From assembly GCA_017694655.1 (NCBI GenBank), contig JADIMQ010000003.1, forward strand, positions 1,963-65,962: 64,000 nucleotides of DNA, written 5' to 3'. Source of the DNA: Candidatus Cryptobacteroides merdigallinarum. GTDB taxonomy: Bacteria > Bacteroidota > Bacteroidia > Bacteroidales > UBA932. Position numbers and translations under genes: made by a program. The notes beneath the pieces were generated by a model. That model was not told where the DNA came from. It ran no database searches and worked only from the letters and a program-made list of their open reading frames with translations. Positions 1 through 9,818 of the stretch are shown here, one piece after another. The first letter of the stretch is position 1. Every line of letters begins with the position of its first letter.

Positions 1-387
1 ACAGAGTATTTCTCTGAAAAAGCCGAATCCACAGTGACTGTAACGCCGGGCATAACCGCTGTGACTGTCGACAAAGGTCTTCTTAAGGGACTGATGGACA
101 AAGTGTTCGGCAATACGAGGGTGGATGCGTCCAACTTCATCGGGAACGGGAACGCCAGGACACTCCATGCCGACATCACCTCAATAGATCTCAAGTTCAC
201 CATACACTCGAAGGGAGACTATGCCGGGAAGACAGTCGTCACCCTGTCGCCGACATCAGGCAGGAGCTTCCCGATCAGCTACAGATACCAGGGCACGACA
301 TGGAGGCACGGGGACGGATACTCGGCCACATTCTATCCGACATACAGCGTAAACGGGAAAAGCCCGTCATCCATACACTCACTGTGA
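1..387 (+). CDS. C-terminal end of a putative tip-pilin-like protein (partial, runs off left edge)
   Basis: Frame is open from base 1. GLMDKVFGNTRVDASNFIGNGN...ADITS aligns with GMNGVYAQTFFDSYNKVGASN...AHPTS at the C-terminus of the 5868..8774 product. Confidence 0.65.
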   Translation, partial: TEYFSEKAESTVTVTPGITAVTVDKGLLKGLMDKVFGNTRVDASNFIGNGNARTLHADITSIDLKFTIHSKGDYAGKTVVTLSPTSGRSFPISYRYQGTTWRHGDGYSATFYPTYSVNGKSPSSIHSL

Positions 388-397
388 CATTCCGCCG

Positions 398-952
398 ATG
401 AACAGACTCTGCATATTTACAGTTGCCGCCATCGCCCTGTTCGGTGCCGAATGCCGCGCCCAGAGGCTGGCGGTAGGCACGGATGCCGTCACCTGGCTGA
501 ACTTCGGCACGATGAACGCCGAGGCAAGTGTCGCCGTGGCGAGGAAGGTCACCGTGAACGCCGCGGCGGAGATAAACCCGTGGACATTCCGCACAAGCCG
601 GGGGCAGATGCAGAACAGGCAGCAGAGCTACAGGCTTGGAATCCGCTGGTGGCCATGGCATGTGTATTCAGGATGGTGGATAGGGTCCGGTGCCAAATAC
701 AGGGAATACAACACAGGCGGGATCACGAAGCCTGCCACAGAAGAAGGGGACGCTCTGGGCATATACGCCTCAGGCGGCTACTCGCTGATGCTAACCAGAC
801 ATCTGAACGTGGAGTTCGGGATAGGGGTTTTCGGCGGAATGAAGCGGTACACGGAGTTCGCCTGCCCCAAATGCGGAAGGATCACGGGAGAAGGACAGGG
901 ATGGTTCATCCTGCCTGATGACATAACGGTCGCTCTGGTATGGGTATTCTGA
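398..952 (+). CDS. DUF3575-family outer-membrane beta-barrel protein (pilus-cluster associated)
   Basis: Signal peptide; INPWTF, RWWPWHVYSGWW, GGYSLML...NVEFGIG, CPKCG motifs; terminal Phe (LVWVF). Confidence 0.8.
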   Translation: MNRLCIFTVAAIALFGAECRAQRLAVGTDAVTWLNFGTMNAEASVAVARKVTVNAAAEINPWTFRTSRGQMQNRQQSYRLGIRWWPWHVYSGWWIGSGAKYREYNTGGITKPATEEGDALGIYASGGYSLMLTRHLNVEFGIGVFGGMKRYTEFACPKCGRITGEGQGWFILPDDITVALVWVF

Positions 953-2922
953 AGATATGGAAGCCAGTGATGACGGCGGCGACATGCCTCATGCTCCTGT
1001 CGTGCGCGGCACAGAAGAGGCTCGAGGACCTTTCCAGCCGTTCTGTGTCCGCCACGCTTTCCATATCAGGAGACGCGGGTGACGGAATCCCGGAGACAGG
1101 CAAGGAAGAAATTGAGATCCCGGACACGATAGAGGTGCACGAGTTCGACGGGCGGACGGTTATTCTCATGAACGCCGTGATGGACGAGAACGGTGAAATG
1201 GTTGCGACGGACGTGATAAAGGCCGCCACCGTCACGGCAAGGTTCCGCAATGTAGCGGAACGGCACGGGAAGGTGGATCTGTCGTTCACCATCACTGTGC
1301 CGGAAGACATGCAGTACAGCGACTGGCAGCTGCGGTTCCGCCCGTACATGGCCATCATGGGAGACACCCTCTCCCTGGACCCGGTGATGGTCACCGGGGC
1401 AGAATACAGGAAAGCGCAGCTCAAGGGCTACCAGAGATACGAGAGGTTCCTCAAGTCCATAGTGACGGACTCATCCGCCTTCATCAACATAAGGCTCCTG
1501 GAACTCTTCCTGGAACGGAACATGCCGCGCCTGTACGCATTCCGGAACGACTCCACCGCAGTGTCCGAGGAGGAGTTCCGCTCCTCATTCGGAGTGACGG
1601 AGGAGGAGGCGGTCAGACACTACACCAACCTGCTCAGGACGCAGGCCAACGGGAGGCGCATAGCCAGGAAAGGGAAAATGTTCAGCAGGTTAGTCAAGTC
1701 GCCCATCGTCACCGAAGGGCTCAGGCTGGACACGATTATACGGGACCCGAGCGGGGCTTTCGCCTACGAATATACACAGTCCGTCCGGTCAAGGCCAGGC
1801 CTGAAAAAGGTGGACATAATCCTCACGGGCAAGGCGTACATGGAGGACAGGTGCATATACACCATGCCGTGCCCGGAGGCGCTGACATTCTACATCAGTT
1901 CCCTCAGCACGCTGACGGACGACTCGGAGAGGTTCCTCACCCGCGTCGTCGAAAGGAAGGCGGAAGCCAACACGGCCTGCTACATCGACTTCGGTTCCGG
2001 GAGCCACACGGTGGATGAGGATCTGGGGAACAACCGCACAGAGATTCACAGGATAAAGGACAACCTGGCGTCGCTCTTGGAAAACAGGGAGTTCGACCTC
2101 GACTCCATAGTGGTGACGGCATCGGCGTCACCCGAGGGGGACGCCGCATACAACGAAAGGCTCTCTGGACAGAGGGCAGAGGCCATAACAGACTATTTCG
2201 GGGCATGGATGGACCGCTACGCCGACTCCCTTGCCAGGGAGTCGGGGGTGTTCATCTCGGAGGACGGAAAGGAATCCGTCATGCAGGGAAGGACAGTGGA
2301 GATGACCAGCCGGTCAGGAGGAGAGAACTGGAGGATGCTGGAGGCGCTGGTAGCATCAGACACCGTGATGACAGTGCAGGACAAGGAGATCTTCGCAGGC
2401 CTGATGCCGATAAGTGACATTGACAGCAGGGAAAAGGCCCTCGGCAAGCTCCCCTTCTACGGCCACCTCAGGCAGCATGTCTATCCGAGGCTGAGGACAG
2501 TGAAGTTCAACTTCCACCTTCACCGCAAGGGGATGATCAAGGACACCGTGCACACGACAGAGCCGGACACCGCATACATGAACGGCATACAGGCGATAAA
2601 GGATAGGGACTACGAGAGGGCCGTCACGCTGCTTCGCCCATATGCGGACTACAACACCGCCGTGGCCTACATGAGCCTCGACTACAACGCCAGCGCCCTC
2701 GCCATCCTGGAGGGACTGGAGAAGACGGACAGGGTAAACTACCTGCTGGCAGTGCTTTACGGAAGGAAAGGTGAATACGAGAAGGCTGCGGCACACTACA
2801 TCAGCGCGTGCCGGCAGAACAGGGGCATGATCCACAGGGGCAACCTTGACCCGGAGATAGCGGCCCTGAAACGGATATATGACATCGACAAACAGATAAC
2901 AGGAAATGGATATGACGATTAG
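940..2922 (+). CDS. Lipoprotein with DUF3868/OmpA-like peptidoglycan-binding domain and C-terminal TPR-like helices
   Basis: Lipobox LLSC; OmpA-like ASASPEG...YNERLSGQRAEA; TPR-like C-terminus; overlaps the DUF3575 stop by 13 nt. Confidence 0.75.
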   Translation: MGILKIWKPVMTAATCLMLLSCAAQKRLEDLSSRSVSATLSISGDAGDGIPETGKEEIEIPDTIEVHEFDGRTVILMNAVMDENGEMVATDVIKAATVTARFRNVAERHGKVDLSFTITVPEDMQYSDWQLRFRPYMAIMGDTLSLDPVMVTGAEYRKAQLKGYQRYERFLKSIVTDSSAFINIRLLELFLERNMPRLYAFRNDSTAVSEEEFRSSFGVTEEEAVRHYTNLLRTQANGRRIARKGKMFSRLVKSPIVTEGLRLDTIIRDPSGAFAYEYTQSVRSRPGLKKVDIILTGKAYMEDRCIYTMPCPEALTFYISSLSTLTDDSERFLTRVVERKAEANTACYIDFGSGSHTVDEDLGNNRTEIHRIKDNLASLLENREFDLDSIVVTASASPEGDAAYNERLSGQRAEAITDYFGAWMDRYADSLARESGVFISEDGKESVMQGRTVEMTSRSGGENWRMLEALVASDTVMTVQDKEIFAGLMPISDIDSREKALGKLPFYGHLRQHVYPRLRTVKFNFHLHRKGMIKDTVHTTEPDTAYMNGIQAIKDRDYERAVTLLRPYADYNTAVAYMSLDYNASALAILEGLEKTDRVNYLLAVLYGRKGEYEKAAAHYISACRQNRGMIHRGNLDPEIAALKRIYDIDKQITGNGYDD

Positions 2923-3934
2923 ACTCCATGCCATACTGTCAATGCTGCTACTGGCAGCATTGACAGCCTGCGACAGGGACGACAGGAGTGTCTCTGCACC
3001 GGCGGAAGGAGAGCTCCGCATAAGCACCAAAAGCCGCAGAGAATCCACCGGAGCGGCTGACGGGTACGAGGACGCAGTGAACGGCCTGCAGGTGCTGGTG
3101 TTCTCTGCGGACGGCATGCTCGAGACTTACGGTGAAACGGACAGTCCGAAAGAAGGGCTGTGCCTGACCGGCACTGCCGGGGAGAAGACGGTATGGGCAG
3201 CAGCCAACGCCCCTGACCTTTCAGGCATAGGGCATCTATCCGACCTCAAGTCCGCCACAGTGAGGCTTGACGGAAACTCCACGGACCCGGCAAGAGGCCT
3301 TGCAATGAGCGGCTGCTCGACATGCAGCGTGACACCCGGCAGGAGCGGGGAAATCAACATACCGGTTGAACGGCTGCTGTCCAGGATAACCCTGGACGCA
3401 ATAACATGCCGTCTTCCACAGGCATACGGCAGCCTCACAGTCGAAAGCGTGATGCTGATCAATGTGGCGGGGGACACGGACATAACCGGGACATCCGGGC
3501 CGGCCGCATGGTGCAACAGGATGGGAAGAAGCAGCGGGAGCCCGTCCGGGATCATCGACGGGCAGTCATTCCCCGCCGACTGTCCGGAGATGACCTTCAG
3601 GAAGATAGGAAAGACGATGGCGCCGGACGAGACGGTCGGATACGAAATCCCGCTGTACTGTCTGCCCAACCCTGCCGAGGAAGACCGGGAAGGCGGGAGC
3701 TCCTTCACCCCGAGGAAAACGAGGCTGGTGGTCACTGCCACACTTGGAGGGACGCGGTACTACTACCCGGTCACCATCGACAGACCCGAGAGGAACACCT
3801 CATACTCGGTGTCGATGACCATCACCGGCCCCGGTTCCACAGACCCTGACAGGCCGATATCCAAACAGGCCCTGTCCTTCAGCATAAGCGTAAGCCCATG
3901 GGGAGACGGAGGGTCATACGACGAAAGAATATAA
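2906..3934 (+). CDS. Type V pilin / fimbrillin lipoprotein
   Basis: Lipobox LTAC; TKSR putative propeptide site; LQVLVF, AAAN, V-ERLLSRI, YYPV, RNTSY and C-terminal donor-strand-like FSISVSPW. Confidence 0.75.
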   Translation: MDMTIRLHAILSMLLLAALTACDRDDRSVSAPAEGELRISTKSRRESTGAADGYEDAVNGLQVLVFSADGMLETYGETDSPKEGLCLTGTAGEKTVWAAANAPDLSGIGHLSDLKSATVRLDGNSTDPARGLAMSGCSTCSVTPGRSGEINIPVERLLSRITLDAITCRLPQAYGSLTVESVMLINVAGDTDITGTSGPAAWCNRMGRSSGSPSGIIDGQSFPADCPEMTFRKIGKTMAPDETVGYEIPLYCLPNPAEEDREGGSSFTPRKTRLVVTATLGGTRYYYPVTIDRPERNTSYSVSMTITGPGSTDPDRPISKQALSFSISVSPWGDGGSYDERI

Positions 3935-3955
3935 ACCACCAAAAACATCACAATC

Positions 3956-4963
3956 ATGACAAAGAGATTTTCATTCATGGCGGCCGCCCTCATTTCAGTG
4001 ACGGCAATGGTGCCGCCCTCATGCACAGTCGAGAAACAGGAGGCCGCGGCATCCGGCGGAGTCCCGGTAGAGATCGAATTCCGTCTTGACGCCGGGTCGC
4101 TGACAAGGGTGACCGGAGGGGACGACTCCTCTGTGTCCGCTGAAGCCGGATTGATAAAGATACTGGTATTCGACAAGTCCGGCAGGCTCCTCGGATACGG
4201 AGAGAACGAGGAATCCTCGTCCGGCATCACGATGAGGCTCACTACAGGAGACGCGAGATGCTACGCCGTAGTGAACTCCAAGGCAGACCTGTCGTCAGTG
4301 GCGAGCGAGTCCGGGCTCCTGTCCCGGGTGTCGAGCCTGAAGGACAACGGGGCTTCGTCCCTCGAAATGATAGGCAGCAGGGACATGACAATCACGGCCT
4401 CGTCCTCCGTCGAAATTCCCGTAAGACGGTTCGCCTCCAAAATAGAGATAGACAGGATATCGACAGACTTCAAGTCTCCAGCACACGAAGCCATGGAATT
4501 CATAATAAAGGACATATACCTCGTCAATGTGGCAGGCGACTGCACTTATGCAATGGAAGGGACGCCTTCCGTTTGGTACAACCAGCTGAAGCTGGCCGCG
4601 GGAGAAGCCGATGAGCTCATCGCCGACATCGGAATCAACGCCACCGTGACAAGGTCCAGCCCGTATGCCACCGGGCACCACTTCTACTGCTATCCCAACC
4701 CTACGGAGGAAGACAGCCATGGCTCCGCATGGTCGCCGCGCTACACCAGGCTTGTGGTCGACGCGACACTCGGAGGGACTCTCTACCACTATCCCGTGAA
4801 TATCCCGAAGCCGCTGCCGAACACATCTTACCAGATCACCAATCTCACCGTCACCGGACCGGGGTCATCGGATCCGGATATTCCGGTGGAAAAAGGGTCG
4901 ATCACTTTTTCCATTACCATTACTGACTGGACAACAGGATTCTCCCAGGAAATAGAGTATTAG
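3956..4963 (+). CDS. Type V pilin / fimbrillin lipoprotein (paralog of the upstream pilin; candidate major stalk)
   Basis: Cys-containing signal; LTRV putative cleavage site; shares TRLVVxATLGGTxYxYPV and TGPGSxDPD with 2906..3934; C-terminal FSITITDW. Confidence 0.75.
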   Translation: MTKRFSFMAAALISVTAMVPPSCTVEKQEAAASGGVPVEIEFRLDAGSLTRVTGGDDSSVSAEAGLIKILVFDKSGRLLGYGENEESSSGITMRLTTGDARCYAVVNSKADLSSVASESGLLSRVSSLKDNGASSLEMIGSRDMTITASSSVEIPVRRFASKIEIDRISTDFKSPAHEAMEFIIKDIYLVNVAGDCTYAMEGTPSVWYNQLKLAAGEADELIADIGINATVTRSSPYATGHHFYCYPNPTEEDSHGSAWSPRYTRLVVDATLGGTLYHYPVNIPKPLPNTSYQITNLTVTGPGSSDPDIPVEKGSITFSITITDWTTGFSQEIEY

Positions 4964-4970
4964 AGAGCCG

Positions 4971-5054
4971 GCGGGACACGGAGGTTCGTGACGGAAAGGG
5001 GCACGGAAGACCGGGGCCATGCTTTCCGGACGGGGTTCGACTCCCCGGCCCGCA
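4971..5054 (+). ncRNA. tRNA-like structured intergenic element (not a canonical tRNA)
   Basis: Perfect T-arm CGGGG-TTCGACT-CCCCG (5031-5047); GCGGG/CCCGC closing stem; CACG-GAGGTT-CGTG D-like hairpin; CGGAAAG/CTTTCCG middle arm. Confidence 0.55.
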
Positions 5055-5070
5055 CAAAGACAACCATACA

Positions 5071-5847
5071 ATGAACAGACACATCTTCCACATAACCGTC
5101 TCCATTCTTGCGGCCATGTCTGCAATATCATGCTCCGTCAAGGAGGACAGGACCACCTGTCCGTGCTGGCTGACAATAGACATGACCGGCTGCGACCCGG
5201 CACCGTATGTATCCGGAGTTTCATCTGGAGTCATACTGGAGACACGAGAGCGCATGGAAGCCGGAAAGGAAACCTTCGAGGTGGGCAGGAATATCGCCAG
5301 CACCTTCGTATGCTCCATACCTGAACAGCCTGGAGGAAGTCTGGATGGAAGCATCTACCGCATACGGGACGGGCATGACGCCGACAGCCTGTGGGCCTTC
5401 GCCGGCACCGCGGACTGCCGTGGAGAATCGGCCACGGTCGAGGCCCGGCTACACAAGCAGTACGCCACAGTAACGCTGAGAGTCGCAGGGGAAGATGACG
5501 GGAGTCCCTACCCCTTCACGCTGGGCGTCAGCGGAGAGGTATGCGGCATGGACCTGCTTACACTCAAGCCTGTCAACGGGGAGTTTCATGTGAATCTGGA
5601 GGAGAGAGAAGGTACGTTCACATTCAACCTGCCTCGCCAGCTGGCAGGAGACAGGCTCTGGCTGACGGCGTCCGACGGAGAGGACACCGACAAGTTGCCG
5701 CTCGGCGAATGGATACTGGAGACAGGATACGACTGGACGGCCGATGACCTGAAGGACATAGACATGGAACTGGACTACGCCAGAGCCTCGGTGACAATAT
5801 CCGTAGAAGGATGGGAAGACGGGAATTCAATTACAGTCGAAATATAG
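5071..5847 (+). CDS. FimB/Mfa2-like anchor pilin lipoprotein
   Basis: SCSVKEDRTTCPC N-terminus (C...ED...CP typical of FimB/Mfa2); ADSLW, LHKQYA; C-terminal VTISVEGW. Confidence 0.75.
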   Translation: MNRHIFHITVSILAAMSAISCSVKEDRTTCPCWLTIDMTGCDPAPYVSGVSSGVILETRERMEAGKETFEVGRNIASTFVCSIPEQPGGSLDGSIYRIRDGHDADSLWAFAGTADCRGESATVEARLHKQYATVTLRVAGEDDGSPYPFTLGVSGEVCGMDLLTLKPVNGEFHVNLEEREGTFTFNLPRQLAGDRLWLTASDGEDTDKLPLGEWILETGYDWTADDLKDIDMELDYARASVTISVEGWEDGNSITVEI

Positions 5848-5867
5848 AGAAGGAGACACAACGAGAC

Positions 5868-8774
5868 ATGAAACCAAGGAAAAACACTCTTGCAATGATT
5901 TCGATATTGGCACTGGCTGCACTGGGCGGATGCCTTTCTGAACCAATAGAACCGGAGCTTCCACCGATTTCCGACACGGCAACAGGTGATACGGTCACCC
6001 TGTCCTTCCTCATCCCCGAGGCTACGACCAAAAGTTCGGTATGGACAGATACGGACGAAGTGCATGAAATATACATAGTAGCGTATTCCGACGGGAAATA
6101 TGCTGCTGCCACATACTCAAAAGACACACATGGACTGTCACTCACGCTCGTCAGGGACAGGACATACAACCTGTACGCCGTCGCCAACATGGGCGAAACC
6201 GAAGCCTGCGCAGACGAACAGGAGTTCCTTGAAAGCGAAGTGTTCAGCGTCACGGATCCGGATGCCGTACAGGAAATGATGCCGATGTGCTGGTCCCGCA
6301 AAGGTCTAGTGCTGTCACATGGGGTGACAGAGATTGAGATCAGTCTTGACCGGCTTGCGGCAAGGATATCGTTCTCCGTTGACAGGTCACTGCTCACGGG
6401 GATGAGCATCACGTCCGTGAGGCTGCGCTCATGCGCACTCTCGGCCCGGTTCTTCCCCGGCATCAACGGAAGCCGCATCGAGACCAAGGCGTCGGCCGGG
6501 GACGGCGACTATGCATCCGAGGCAGACCTCGCCCTGCTGAACAGTTCCGGGACGGCATATTTCTACGCCCTGGAGAACTGCCAGGGCACGCTCCTGCCGG
6601 ACAACGGCGACCCGTGGCAGAAAGTGCCGGACAGCATCGGAGAAAAGGCGGGACTGTGCACATACCTCGAAGTAGGATGCGCCTTCGGCCCAGAGTCCGT
6701 ATATGACGGGGAGGCTACATACAGACTGTATATCGGCCGGGACAACACCACCAACTTCGACATACGCAGGAACAGCGACATAAGGATCTCACTTGTCCCG
6801 ACAATGCCGGGACTGAAAGAGATCTCATGGAAAGTCGAGACAAATCTCGAATACCGGCCCGGATTCGTCTCCGGCTATCAGGACGGCGGCCCGTACGACA
6901 TCTCATCGCTGTACGCCGGTGTGATGTTCGGGTACAGGGTGGAGTTCTCTGACCAGCTGTTCGACCATTTCGCAGGTGATGCCTCGGCCTGCTCTCTCGC
7001 ATTCGAGTCGGAGAACGGCGGGAGGATAGACTTCAGCCCTCTCATGGACTCCGGAGAAGGGACATATATGTCCACCGGGACAGCATTCCGTCCCGGGACA
7101 GGCTGCATCTGGCTGCTGGACGGCACCGGGGCGAAGATACAGATGCTGTCCGACGGGGTCGCCATACGGAAGCCGACACTCATTCTGTCCCCGAGCAGAA
7201 GCTCATGCACACCTTACGATGAACAGGAAGACATCACGATTAACGGGAAAAGCACGACAGTGTATGTGTACCTGACCGACGGCGGCGGAAGGAACATCAG
7301 GCACGAGGGGTACTTTTCGGCCGAACCGTTCCATTTCGGCGACAGGCTGACGATAAGCTCCAACTACGCCATCACTGGCAGCATAAAGTCGGGTGCGGCA
7401 AGCATCAACGGGGAATACACCTACCCGTATACTGCATCGTACACCCTATCATGCAGCAACTCAGGCAGTTCACACCAATTGAATCTTGAACTGGCCGATG
7501 CCGTATCCAGCCAGAGCGCCTTCTCATTCTCAGCCGAGGAGAGGAACCTCGGACTGGAGGACCTAAACGGAGCATGGCTGAACGCTTCCCCCGTAAAGAT
7601 AGAGATTGTGGACAACCGGTGGGCCAAATACCATTCCACCCAGCACACAGTGCTGGTTGACAACCCGTCAAACCTCGCCGCCAAGATAGACATACTGGAA
7701 GTCATGACGGACAATCCTAAGGAATATAACGCGATAAGCACGAGGGAAGCCATCGAATACATAGACAAGAACTGCCTGCTGAACCAGATCCCGTACATCT
7801 CGGGAAAATTCTGGGACGGGGAACGCACGATCTACGGGAACATGAAGACGATCCAGTGCGAACGCAACTCATACGGAAACCGGTACGACCTGCAGGACGA
7901 CGGAAGGATGGCCATGCCCTTGGAGAATGTCAGCCTCGACATCATACAGAACTCCACGCAGTATTTCAAGTCCAGCAACGACAAGCTGTATATCTTCTTC
8001 GAATGCAGTTTCATAGGCAGCGGAGACAAAGCCGTTCCAGTAAAGTGTTCGGTTTACGACCACCTGTCGGACGGCTCCATGACGATGGACATCATATACG
8101 GTGACGACCCGGAATACGGCGGAGGATACGACATGCAGGGCATCTGGACATACTACAGGAACAGGCTGGAACAAGCCCAGGATGCAACGATGAAGAAATA
8201 CGGAAACCTGGACATGCCGAAGATAAAAGGGCTGTACGAGAGGCATAAGGCCGGCAAGAGAATCAGGCTCATTTTCACATACAACCAGTCGGACGGATAC
8301 ATGTATGTGTCATCACCGTCGAATCCGGGCGGGGTGTCGGTGGACATCAGGTACAGCGGCACAGTGCAGGGGTATGTGCAGACACACCCGAAAGGCACAT
8401 GGTTCGCGGGCCAGGACAACCACTGCTCGGCCAGCTACTCAAGTCAGACATACACGGTCGTCCCCGTACCGTCCAGGAAGCCAATAGGCAGGCACATCTA
8501 CGAAGGGATGAACGGGGTCTATGCACAGACCTTCTTCGACTCGTACAACAAAGTGGGAGCGTCGAACAGCTACCAGCACAGTGCACATCCCACCTCCGTT
8601 TCCTGCACAATATATGTGAAAACAACGGCCGACAACGAATACTATCCCGTGGAGATCCCCGCTTTCACCGGCACCGCCCAGTTCTACCACTCGCAGGACG
8701 GTACGACATATTACTCACCAGTCAACGGAAACAACGGAGGCAACTACACTTATGTAAATACGGTAAAGAAATGA
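5868..8774 (+). CDS. Large DUF4906-like tip/accessory pilin
   Basis: Lipobox LGGC, TTKS site, LYAVANMG, LDRLAARI, FYALENCQG, CTYLEV, YRLYIG..NTTNFDIRRN, then a long C-terminal putative adhesin region. Confidence 0.75.
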   Translation: MKPRKNTLAMISILALAALGGCLSEPIEPELPPISDTATGDTVTLSFLIPEATTKSSVWTDTDEVHEIYIVAYSDGKYAAATYSKDTHGLSLTLVRDRTYNLYAVANMGETEACADEQEFLESEVFSVTDPDAVQEMMPMCWSRKGLVLSHGVTEIEISLDRLAARISFSVDRSLLTGMSITSVRLRSCALSARFFPGINGSRIETKASAGDGDYASEADLALLNSSGTAYFYALENCQGTLLPDNGDPWQKVPDSIGEKAGLCTYLEVGCAFGPESVYDGEATYRLYIGRDNTTNFDIRRNSDIRISLVPTMPGLKEISWKVETNLEYRPGFVSGYQDGGPYDISSLYAGVMFGYRVEFSDQLFDHFAGDASACSLAFESENGGRIDFSPLMDSGEGTYMSTGTAFRPGTGCIWLLDGTGAKIQMLSDGVAIRKPTLILSPSRSSCTPYDEQEDITINGKSTTVYVYLTDGGGRNIRHEGYFSAEPFHFGDRLTISSNYAITGSIKSGAASINGEYTYPYTASYTLSCSNSGSSHQLNLELADAVSSQSAFSFSAEERNLGLEDLNGAWLNASPVKIEIVDNRWAKYHSTQHTVLVDNPSNLAAKIDILEVMTDNPKEYNAISTREAIEYIDKNCLLNQIPYISGKFWDGERTIYGNMKTIQCERNSYGNRYDLQDDGRMAMPLENVSLDIIQNSTQYFKSSNDKLYIFFECSFIGSGDKAVPVKCSVYDHLSDGSMTMDIIYGDDPEYGGGYDMQGIWTYYRNRLEQAQDATMKKYGNLDMPKIKGLYERHKAGKRIRLIFTYNQSDGYMYVSSPSNPGGVSVDIRYSGTVQGYVQTHPKGTWFAGQDNHCSASYSSQTYTVVPVPSRKPIGRHIYEGMNGVYAQTFFDSYNKVGASNSYQHSAHPTSVSCTIYVKTTADNEYYPVEIPAFTGTAQFYHSQDGTTYYSPVNGNNGGNYTYVNTVKK

Positions 8775-8929
8775 AGTTCAGCAAATTATAGTTTCGTCAA
8801 TTGCATAAGATGAAATACTTAAATAAATGGCATATAAATAATTCTACCATGATAGAACCGGAATGATAAAAATCAACAATCAATAGACGGCATATATAAT
8901 ACCTATTTATAGTGACATATCAAATAATC

Positions 8930-8971
8930 AGGCTGACTGCATAGCTCTTCTCAAATGCAGTTGGCCTTTTA
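8930..8971 (+). terminator. Intrinsic terminator after pilus operon
   Basis: AGGCTGACTGCAT...ATGCAGTTGGCCT stem followed by TTT. Confidence 0.6.
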
Positions 8972-9189
8972 TTTACTATATCATATGCCAAACTCGTTAA
9001 TATCAGCTTTTTCATTACAAGAAACAGTATATATGATCGAATTCGGCTTTGTCAAAAAATATGACATATATGATTAAATAGGTGTCATATTGAATAAAAA
9101 ATGCTATTTTTGTATTATTATAATAATCTTTAGTAAGATATTAATAATCTTTTATATTAAAATACAACCGCATTTAATGCAAGTGAATT

Positions 9190-9561
9190 ATGAAAAAGAA
9201 AAAAGATCATGGTCTGGACGACGCCCTCGCATCAGGGTATCACTATCAGGAGACACTGCTGCGGGCCATCCGCAGGATATCGGAGCAGGCGGGAAGCGTC
9301 GTGAAGAACGAGATGGACGACGCATTCAGGAACGCGGATACATCCCTCGCAGGGATAGAGATCCTGCTGAGGAAAAGAGGCTCGGTCAGGGACGGGATTC
9401 GGAAATGCGAGATATACATAGAGTCCCTGAAAAACGCCAGGACAAACCTGGCCGACGCGATAGACCCGTTCGAGGCGGGGACGCTGCAGGAGTCCATCGA
9501 CTGCGCCGAGGCATCGCTCGAGAACCTGAAGAACATCGTGGACGGGTACAGATGCATATGA
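9190..9561 (+). CDS. Hypothetical helical protein
   Basis: 123-aa ORF starting where the AT-rich spacer ends; codon usage like neighbouring genes; no motif recognised. Confidence 0.6.
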   Translation: MKKKKDHGLDDALASGYHYQETLLRAIRRISEQAGSVVKNEMDDAFRNADTSLAGIEILLRKRGSVRDGIRKCEIYIESLKNARTNLADAIDPFEAGTLQESIDCAEASLENLKNIVDGYRCI

Positions 9562-9588
9562 ATCCATTAATCAATCAGACAATTCACC

Positions 9589-9699
9589 ATGTTTACATTT
9601 ATCACAAGCATATTCAGAGCCGCATTCGGTCTGCTGAAGGCACTTCTGGCCGTCGTCGTTTCACTTGCGGCGATATGCGCCGGACAGACACCTGATTGA
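9589..9699 (+). CDS. Small hydrophobic peptide (36 aa)
   Basis: Hand translation MFTFITSIFRAAFGLLKALLAVVVSLAAICAGQTPD*; below the ORF-track cutoff. Confidence 0.45.
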   Translation: MFTFITSIFRAAFGLLKALLAVVVSLAAICAGQTPD

Positions 9700-9818
9700 C
9701 CGTACTGCAGCCGTGCGGCTACATTGTGCGGTGGACACATCCTCTTCTGACACAGTGTATGCCCACGGCTACGAAAAAACTGCATAACATAGAATCAAAT
9801 TTTCAATACCAGTATAAA

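Noticed and set aside
4971-5056. Functional tRNA gene
   Set aside because: Only 5 of 7 acceptor pairs, no canonical anticodon stem-loop, and no U8/A14-type spacing; kept as a tRNA-like element only.
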